Positions 57,834-64,000 of a stretch of DNA of 64,000 bases are shown piece after piece. This DNA is from Flavobacteriales bacterium (GTDB lineage Bacteria; Bacteroidota; Bacteroidia; Flavobacteriales_F; PHOS-HE28). A program made the translations under genes and the position numbers. The DNA is taken from NCBI GenBank assembly GCA_035325445.1, contig DAOKZW010000001.1, forward strand, positions 2,000 through 65,999, read 5' to 3'. Position 1 is the first letter of the stretch, and each line of letters starts with the position of its first letter. The notes under the pieces were generated by a model. The model saw only the letters and a program-made list of their open reading frames with translations, was not told where the DNA came from and made no database searches.

Positions 57834-58736
57834 TTGCACACCATGTCCTACCGCGGAAAACTCAAACGTTACTGGCTCATCCTGAAGCGCCTGCAACAGG
57901 CACCCAGCATGGCGGAGATCATTGACCACCTGAACGACCACGGCTTCGAGATCAGCCAGCGCACGGTGGAACGCGACCTGGAGGACCTGCGTGACGACTT
58001 CGGCGTGGAGGTGGTGTACAACCGGCCCGGCAATAGCTACGGCATTTCCGAGGAACTGACCCGCGACCTGCCCGGGCTGATGCACCTGCTGGACCGGGTG
58101 CAGCTCCTGGAGCTGGTCCAAGGGAATACCAACGGCCTGCGCGAGCTGCACCGGTTCGTCCATTTCGAGGGCCTGGGCCAGCTCCGGGGCATCCAGCACC
58201 TCGAACCGCTCCTCCAAGCCATCCGCCTTCAGCGGGAAGTGCGCATCACGTACAAGAAGTTTTCGGAGGACAAGGCGAAGGTGCACCGCGTGAAGCCCCA
58301 CCAGCTGCGCGAATTCCACGGACGATGGTACGTGCTCGGGCCCACAGCCAACCACACCCGCCCCATCGCCCTGGGGCTCGACCGCATGGAGGAGGTGGAG
58401 GTGACGGACAAGCGATTCAAGCGTAAGGAGAATGAGCTCGATGCCCTGTACACCCATTCCATCGGCGTGGACACCAGCCCCGACAAGCCGGAGCAGGTGG
58501 TGCTGCATTTCCACCCCCAGCAGGCGCCCTATGTGAAGGCGCTGCCCCTCCACCCCTCCCAGGTTCCGGTGAAGGAGGATGCACGGGGCCTGACCGTCTC
58601 CCTGCACGTGATGGTGAACTTCGAGCTGCGCCAGATCATCCTCGGACATGGGCGCCTGGTGAAGGTGATCGCGCCCAAACACCTCGCCGCAAACATCCGG
58701 AAGGCGCACCGCGAGGCCGCGGCCCAGTACAAGTAA
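57834..58736 (+). CDS. WYL-domain transcriptional regulator (HTH + WYL)
   Basis: N-terminal winged HTH (SMAEIIDHLNDHGFEISQRTVERDLEDL) and a WYL domain with the hallmark HGRWYVLG. Length ~300 aa. Confidence 0.75.
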   Translation: MHTMSYRGKLKRYWLILKRLQQAPSMAEIIDHLNDHGFEISQRTVERDLEDLRDDFGVEVVYNRPGNSYGISEELTRDLPGLMHLLDRVQLLELVQGNTNGLRELHRFVHFEGLGQLRGIQHLEPLLQAIRLQREVRITYKKFSEDKAKVHRVKPHQLREFHGRWYVLGPTANHTRPIALGLDRMEEVEVTDKRFKRKENELDALYTHSIGVDTSPDKPEQVVLHFHPQQAPYVKALPLHPSQVPVKEDARGLTVSLHVMVNFELRQIILGHGRLVKVIAPKHLAANIRKAHREAAAQYK

Positions 58737-58794
58737 GGCATCCGGGAAAAAAACGCCGACATGCTTTGTCGGTGTAAGGGGGAAATCTTGGGGC

Positions 58795-59895
58795 ATGAAG
58801 CACCAAGCCCCATCCACCGACCTCCACCGGCGCAACGCACTCCTGAACGAACTCCCGGCCCGCCTGCGCCAGGGCCATTTCGGGATCGATCCCGAGATCC
58901 AGCAACTGCTCGATGCCTTCGCGCCGTGGTACCGTTTGGCCGAGGCACAGGAACGGCCACGCGTGATCGGACCGTGGGGCATGACCGGCACCGGCAAGAG
59001 CAGCCTGGTGCGCGCGTTGGTGAAGGAGGCGGGGCTGGAGGACCGCACCTTCTGGATCGATGCGGGCCAGTTCAAGGACCGCTGGCACCTCGCCGAGATC
59101 CTTTCCGCCCTCGAGCAGCATCACCAAGGCCGCCCCTTCGTGCTGGTGGTGGACGAGTTCCAGCATGCCCGCACCCTGCGGCTGGGGCTGGAAACGGAAG
59201 AGGCCCATCCCCTGCGCCGCTTCTGGGAACTGCTGGACACCGGCCGCGCCACGGTGGATCCCGAGTTCAGCATACGTGATATCTATGAACTGCATGATTT
59301 CCTTTTCCGCTTCCGCAAGGCCGTGCAGCATGGCGTAGTGGTGCGCAACGGCCGCATCGCCAAAGGCATCAAGGCCTACAGGGCGTGCATGGGCGAGAGG
59401 TACGAATCCGGCGAGGACCGCTGGGCGATCCCGCAATTCCTGTGGATCACCATGCATGAGCTGCACCACCACCCCAAGCCGTTGGTGGTGGAGGTGGAAC
59501 AGCACATGGCCGGCTGCGGTCACCAAGAGCTCATCGCCTGGCTGGAGCAGCTGCTGGCCAATGCCCGCGGCACCCGCATCCTTGATGCCAGCAAGGCCTT
59601 GGTGATCCTCCTCGGCAACCTCGACGAGCCGTACACCTTGGACAAGGAACCCTTGGCCGAGCTCGACCCCGATGTGCTGCTGCACCGGCACCGCAACATC
59701 GGGCTCGGGGGCGTGCACAACGCCCTGTTGCGCCTGTTCCGCATCGAACAGGTGGCCCGCATGGGCACGGACCACATCGTGTTCCCGCCCATCGGCCAAC
59801 AAGTGGTGGACACCTTGGTGCAGCACGCGGTGGGCAGCCTGGCCGCACGGCTATCCGTGATATCGGGTCACGAGATCCGTGTTTCCGCTTCCTAG
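58795..59895 (+). CDS. Divergent P-loop (AAA-like) ATPase
   Basis: Walker A VIGPWGMTGTGKSS and Walker B VLVVDEFQH. 366 aa with no TM helices. Its TAG stop is immediately followed by the GTG start of the next gene. Confidence 0.55.
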   Translation: MKHQAPSTDLHRRNALLNELPARLRQGHFGIDPEIQQLLDAFAPWYRLAEAQERPRVIGPWGMTGTGKSSLVRALVKEAGLEDRTFWIDAGQFKDRWHLAEILSALEQHHQGRPFVLVVDEFQHARTLRLGLETEEAHPLRRFWELLDTGRATVDPEFSIRDIYELHDFLFRFRKAVQHGVVVRNGRIAKGIKAYRACMGERYESGEDRWAIPQFLWITMHELHHHPKPLVVEVEQHMAGCGHQELIAWLEQLLANARGTRILDASKALVILLGNLDEPYTLDKEPLAELDPDVLLHRHRNIGLGGVHNALLRLFRIEQVARMGTDHIVFPPIGQQVVDTLVQHAVGSLAARLSVISGHEIRVSAS

Positions 59896-60714
59896 GTGGA
59901 TCATTTGCGACGTGTCTCGGCCATCGCCGTGATGGGCGCACGTCCCGTGGTGCAGGCCGTGCAGAACACGCTGCCCATGCACCTCTCCCGTGTGATCGCG
60001 GCGTTGCCAACCACCGTTTCGGGGCCGATCCACTTCACGGTCAGGGAAGACATACCGGTAGCCACATACGAGGATGGGAACGGCACCCGGATCATCCGCC
60101 TGGCCTGGCCCGCGGCCTTCCAGAAGGGTTCCGGCCCGTCGCCGGGGCACCTGCACGCCGTGGCGGTGCATGAGGCCGGGCACGTCCTGTGCGGCGTGCT
60201 GCTCCTCGGGCACAAGCCCTTGCAGGCCTGCGTACATGTCCGCGACCACAACATCGGTGGCTTTGTCATCTGGGACCGCGACATGGAGCCCGACCTGAAG
60301 CGTTCCCAGATCGTGCCCCTGCTGGCCAAGGGCCTTGGGGGCTGGGCAGCGGAGCGCGTGGCCTTCGGTCCTGACGGGGTGACGGCCGGCAGCTCCGACG
60401 ATATCCGGAAGGTGTCGTCACTGGCGCTGGCCTTGGCCAAGGAAAGCGGTCTGGGCGCGGACAGGCTGCACCATGCGCATCATCCTCAATTCGACGGCCC
60501 CGGATTCCGAACGACCCTGACCCAGGCGGAAGCCCAGGCCCGGCAATGGGTGGAGGCGGCCGAAGCACTGGCGGTGTCAGCGATCCAGGAAAACAGAAGG
60601 ATGCTGGACAGGATCGCCCGGGAGCTGGAAGCGAAGGGAAGCTTGGGGATGAAGGAACTTAAGGAGCTGGTCAGCGAATTTCAAGCCGCTGCACCCCGTG
60701 CCATGGCCGGCTGA
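59896..60714 (+). CDS. Stand-alone FtsH-type (M41-like) zinc metallopeptidase domain protein
   Basis: HEAGH zinc motif (AVHEAGHVLCGVLL), the third-ligand block LGGWAAERVAFG, and a downstream AGSSDDIRKVSSLALAL collinear with the FtsH M41 GASNDlerAT region. No AAA module or TM helices. Confidence 0.55.
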   Translation: MDHLRRVSAIAVMGARPVVQAVQNTLPMHLSRVIAALPTTVSGPIHFTVREDIPVATYEDGNGTRIIRLAWPAAFQKGSGPSPGHLHAVAVHEAGHVLCGVLLLGHKPLQACVHVRDHNIGGFVIWDRDMEPDLKRSQIVPLLAKGLGGWAAERVAFGPDGVTAGSSDDIRKVSSLALALAKESGLGADRLHHAHHPQFDGPGFRTTLTQAEAQARQWVEAAEALAVSAIQENRRMLDRIARELEAKGSLGMKELKELVSEFQAAAPRAMAG

Positions 60715-60740
60715 GCACTTCGCGCCACGCCCACCCTTTT

Positions 60741-62753
60741 CTACTTCTTCACCGCCGGTGGCAGCGGCGCGGGCCGCAAGCCGGTCACCTCTTGGATCTC
60801 CAGCTCGTCCAGCGTTTCGCGCTCCAACAGCGCCTTCGCCAAGGCATCCAGTTGCGGGCGGTGTTCCATCAGCAAACGGGTGGCCTCGGCATGGCACTCA
60901 CCGATGATCCGGTGCACCTCCTCATCCACACGCCGGGCGGTGTGCTCGCTGATGTCCTTTTGCGGAAGCGCGCCGTACCCGCCACTGAGGTAGGGATTCT
61001 CCCGCCCGGCCAGTTCCACCATGCCCAATTCGTCGCTCATGCCCCAGCGCGTGACCATCCGGCGGGCGATGCCCGTGGCCTGCTCGATATCGTTCTCCGC
61101 CCCGGTGGTGCGATCGCCGTACACCACCTCCTCAGCGACCCGGCCGCCCAAGATGCCGATGATGCGTGCCCGGAGGAACTGCTCGGTGTAGTTGTAGCGG
61201 TCCTCATCCGGACGCTGGTAGGTGACGCCCAAGGCCTGTCCGCGCGGCACGATGCTCACCCGCTTCACCGGGTCCGCACCGGGCATCAGCAGGCCCAGGA
61301 TGGCGTGACCGCCCTCGTGGTAGGCGATCCGTTCGCGATCCGCCGGGTTGAGCACCAAGGCGCGCGCCGGGCCCAGCAACACCTTTTCCAACGAGTCCAT
61401 GAAGTCGGCCTGGTGCACTTGGTCCTGCTTGCGGCGTGCGGCCATCAGGGCGGCCTCGTTCACAAGGTTCCTCAGATCGGCGCCGCTCAGGCCCGGCGTG
61501 GAGCCCGCCACCTCGGCCAGGCTGACGTCCGCGGCCAGCGGCACCTTGCGCGTGTGCACCTTCAGGATGGCCTCGCGCCCGTGGCGGTCGGGCAGGTTCA
61601 CCACCACCCGCCGATCGAAGCGGCCGGCCCGCAGCAGGGCCTTGTCCAGGATGTCGGGCTGGTTGGTGGCGGCCAGCACGATCACGCCCGTGGTGCTGGA
61701 GAAGCCGTCCATCTCGGCGAGGATCTGGTTCAGCGTCTGCTCCTGTTCCTGCGCGCCGCCCAAGGCGGTCATGCCCCGCGCCCTTCCGATGGAGTCGATC
61801 TCGTCGATGAAGATGATGGAGGGCGCATGCTCGCGGGCCTGCTTGAACAGGTCGCGGACACGGGCGGCACCCACGCCGACGATCATCTCCACGAACTCGG
61901 AGCCGCTCATGCTGAAGAAGGGCACGTCGGCCTCGCCGGCCACGGCCCGCGCCAGCAGGGTCTTGCCCGTGCCGGGCGCCCCGATGAGCAGCACGCCCTT
62001 GGGCGCGGCCCCGCCCAGGCGGGTGTACTTCTCGGGATCCTTCAGGAAATCCACGATCTCCACCAGCTCCTCCTCCGCATCGTCGATGCCCGCCACGTCG
62101 TCGAAGGTCACCCGCTTATCGGTCTCCTTGTCGAAGCGCTTGGCCTGGCTGCGCCCGATGCCCATCATGCCGCCGGCACCACCGGCCAAGCCGCCCTGCC
62201 TCATCCGGCGGAACAGGAAGATGTAGAGGCCGATGATGAGCAGGGCCGGGCCGAACATGTAGAGGAAGCTCATGATGGGGCTGACCTCCTTCACCACGGG
62301 TTCGGCACTGATCTCCACCTCATGGTCAAGCAGCAGCTCCTCCAAGCGGGTGTCGGCAAAGGCCGGCAGCACCGTGGTGAACTGCTTCACCTCCGCTGGT
62401 CCGCGGGCATGCAGCTTGATGGCGGCGGAATCCTTCGGCCAGGTGACGGGCTCGATGAAGATGCCGCTGATCGATTCGCCCTTACCGTACACCTCCTTCA
62501 CATTGCCGCGTTCCACCTCGGCCTTGAACAGGGTGTACGGTATGGTCACCGCCTGCTCCCGGGTGCCTTCCAGGAAGGAGCGCACCGCCCAGATGTTGAA
62601 CAGCAGGAGCAGGATGAACCAAAACCAAGAGGCGCGCGGCAATTGCCGCACGGGCGGCTTGTTGCCGGAGGAGGCATCATTCGGGCCAGCGCCCGGCTTA
62701 CGTGCATTGGGCATCATAAGGCCTAAGATACCCCTGCCTTGGCGACCGTACAA
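60741..62753 (-). CDS. ftsH: ATP-dependent zinc metalloprotease FtsH
   Basis: Two N-terminal TM helices and a AAA module (GAPGTGKTLLARAVAGEADVPFF, Walker B IIFIDEIDSIGRARG, SRH). The M41 domain has HEGGHAILG. The start may lie a few codons further downstream. Confidence 0.95.
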   Translation of the reverse strand: MYGRQGRGILGLMMPNARKPGAGPNDASSGNKPPVRQLPRASWFWFILLLLFNIWAVRSFLEGTREQAVTIPYTLFKAEVERGNVKEVYGKGESISGIFIEPVTWPKDSAAIKLHARGPAEVKQFTTVLPAFADTRLEELLLDHEVEISAEPVVKEVSPIMSFLYMFGPALLIIGLYIFLFRRMRQGGLAGGAGGMMGIGRSQAKRFDKETDKRVTFDDVAGIDDAEEELVEIVDFLKDPEKYTRLGGAAPKGVLLIGAPGTGKTLLARAVAGEADVPFFSMSGSEFVEMIVGVGAARVRDLFKQAREHAPSIIFIDEIDSIGRARGMTALGGAQEQEQTLNQILAEMDGFSSTTGVIVLAATNQPDILDKALLRAGRFDRRVVVNLPDRHGREAILKVHTRKVPLAADVSLAEVAGSTPGLSGADLRNLVNEAALMAARRKQDQVHQADFMDSLEKVLLGPARALVLNPADRERIAYHEGGHAILGLLMPGADPVKRVSIVPRGQALGVTYQRPDEDRYNYTEQFLRARIIGILGGRVAEEVVYGDRTTGAENDIEQATGIARRMVTRWGMSDELGMVELAGRENPYLSGGYGALPQKDISEHTARRVDEEVHRIIGECHAEATRLLMEHRPQLDALAKALLERETLDELEIQEVTGLRPAPLPPAVKK

Positions 62754-62785
62754 TGAGAACGGTCGGCCGACCCTGCGCGCCGCGC

Positions 62786-64000
62786 CTACTGCACCAGGCG
62801 CATGGCCTCCACGGTCATCAGCGCCGTGTTCTGGCCCATGTTGCCCCGTCCGAGCAGCGACTCCAGGAGCACCGGCTGTCCCAGGTCGAGCGTCAGCTCA
62901 TCGTACCGCACCCCGGGGCTCACATCGGCCAGCACCTGCCCTGTCGCCGCGTCCTTGATGCGGCCGGGCTGCCCTTGGAAACGCATGCGGCTGTTGATCC
63001 ATTTGCCCACACCCACATCGTGGAAGGTCACGCCCACCAGCACCACCTTGGATGCGGTGATCGTTGAAGGGAATGCGCTCTTGGCCCACGTACTGATGTT
63101 GCCACCCGACACGTTGGCGCACCGCGCCGTCAAGGGCTGCACCACGTCGGTGCCCACCATCGCCTTCAGGCGGCATCCGTCAGCGCCCCCGAATGTGGTC
63201 TTCCATACCACTTGCCCTTGCGGCGGGACCGGGGCCCAAGACAAATGGGCCGCCGCATAGCCCGGCAGTTGAACCATGCCCATATTGTCGGCCGTGCCGC
63301 TCACCGGCATCACGTTGGCCGAAGCATTTACGCTGTTGCCGCCGGTGCCGGCCACGATGTTCTGGCTCCCCAGCACCGTGTAGGAGATATTCCCCGCATC
63401 ACCCACGAAGGACGACAGGTTCATCGCGTTTCCGGAACGGTTGACCAGGTACAGATGTTGCCGGCCATCGGCAGCCAGGAAGGCGAAGCCCCGCAACCCT
63501 TCATGGCCGGAGATCGCCACCTCCTGCGGCAGGTTGCCCGCCTTGTACAGGTCCTCGAACAAGAGGCTCGACCAGTAGTTGATCTGCGGCTCGATGGCAC
63601 CTCCCCGCTTCTTCACCAGGTTGTACCCGTCCTGCACGGCCAGGAATTGATGGTAGGCGCTCACGTCCACCTTTGGCTGCCCGGCCATGGTGAGGCTCAT
63701 GTCCGCGTAGAACAGTGCCTGTGCCATGGAATTGCCGTAATGGTTGTACCCGCCGTCGATGTTCCACTCCGTGATCCAGATCTTCTTGTTCCCCATGGAG
63801 GCGAGCTCATCCAACGCCACGGGCAGCTTCTCGCAGGCATAGGACCGGCTGTAGTCGGCCGCGCATTTGAAGCTGGTCTGCGCCGCATTCTGGTTGCACG
63901 AAGGGGCCCTGCTGTAGCAATGGATGATGAGGGCATCGCCAAACCCGGCCGCGGAACAGGCCTGGTTCCACAGCAGGGCGCGCTGTGTGCCGGCCGGCCC
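62786..64000 (-). CDS. Glycoside-hydrolase-like secreted protein, 3' portion (gene continues beyond the window and a frame change occurs near 63.8 kb)
   Basis: ORF 62786..63820 contains KIWITEWN (a GH-type catalytic Glu context) followed by a Gly/Ser/Asn-rich beta-sandwich-like C-terminus. The upstream part lies in another frame (track ORF 63697..63942), so the gene model is uncertain. Confidence 0.3.
   Translation of the reverse strand, partial: GPAGTQRALLWNQACSAAGFGDALIIHCYSRAPSCNQNAAQTSFKCAADYSRSYACEKLPVALDELASMGNKKIWITEWNIDGGYNHYGNSMAQALFYADMSLTMAGQPKVDVSAYHQFLAVQDGYNLVKKRGGAIEPQINYWSSLLFEDLYKAGNLPQEVAISGHEGLRGFAFLAADGRQHLYLVNRSGNAMNLSSFVGDAGNISYTVLGSQNIVAGTGGNSVNASANVMPVSGTADNMGMVQLPGYAAAHLSWAPVPPQGQVVWKTTFGGADGCRLKAMVGTDVVQPLTARCANVSGGNISTWAKSAFPSTITASKVVLVGVTFHDVGVGKWINSRMRFQGQPGRIKDAATGQVLADVSPGVRYDELTLDLGQPVLLESLLGRGNMGQNTALMTVEAMRLVQ

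Overview
High-GC (roughly 65-70%) chromosomal segment that looks Bacteroidota-like. It carries many T9SS C-terminal-sorting-domain cargo proteins and a 7TM-DISM adenylate cyclase. The track contains many long antisense ORFs typical of high-GC DNA, and I rejected those where a clearly homologous ORF occupies the opposite strand. About 60 genes and two tRNAs are supportable. Housekeeping backbone: pckA, an S41 peptidase, a DUF423 protein, gluQ, tRNA-Leu(UAA), tRNA-Gly(GCC), mutS, a TrmH-family methyltransferase, a HI0933-like flavoprotein, a fused isobutyryl-CoA mutase (icmF) and ftsH. Accessory content is unusually rich and is the interesting part. (1) The last ~1.1 kb of icmF is present three times in direct orientation: the intact gene at 49.5-52.9 kb and silent 3' copies at 39.1-40.3 kb and 33.7-35.0 kb. 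The copies bracket a czc-like heavy-metal efflux/P-type ATPase island and a low-GC island of T9SS, lipocalin-like and orphan genes. Each silent copy abuts a conserved ~170-nt element and each carries an independent MITE-like insertion with terminal inverted repeats. This looks like tandem site-specific integrations into the icmF 3' end without a visible integrase. (2) A low-GC defense/mobile island lies at 23.5-32.9 kb: an HNH endonuclease, a RhuM protein, a PIN-toxin remnant separated from its upstream ORF by a single in-frame TGA, a type II REase plus C5-MTase pair, and a 914-aa protein with a DUF4062-like domain, a lysine-less STAND-like NTPase and a helical C-terminus. (3) A WYL-regulator / P-loop ATPase / stand-alone FtsH-type M41 peptidase cassette with a palindromic operator lies next to ftsH. 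(4) A zeta-toxin TA pair lies upstream of icmF. (5) Two adjacent T9SS cargo genes are each interrupted at an 8-nt C or G homopolymer tract. (6) The CzcA-family RND pump is fused in frame to a TolC/CzcC-like outer membrane factor. (7) A Fic-fold protein has a degenerate active-site motif (APFAAGNGR). All coordinates derived by eye rather than from the ORF track may be off by 1-2 nt.
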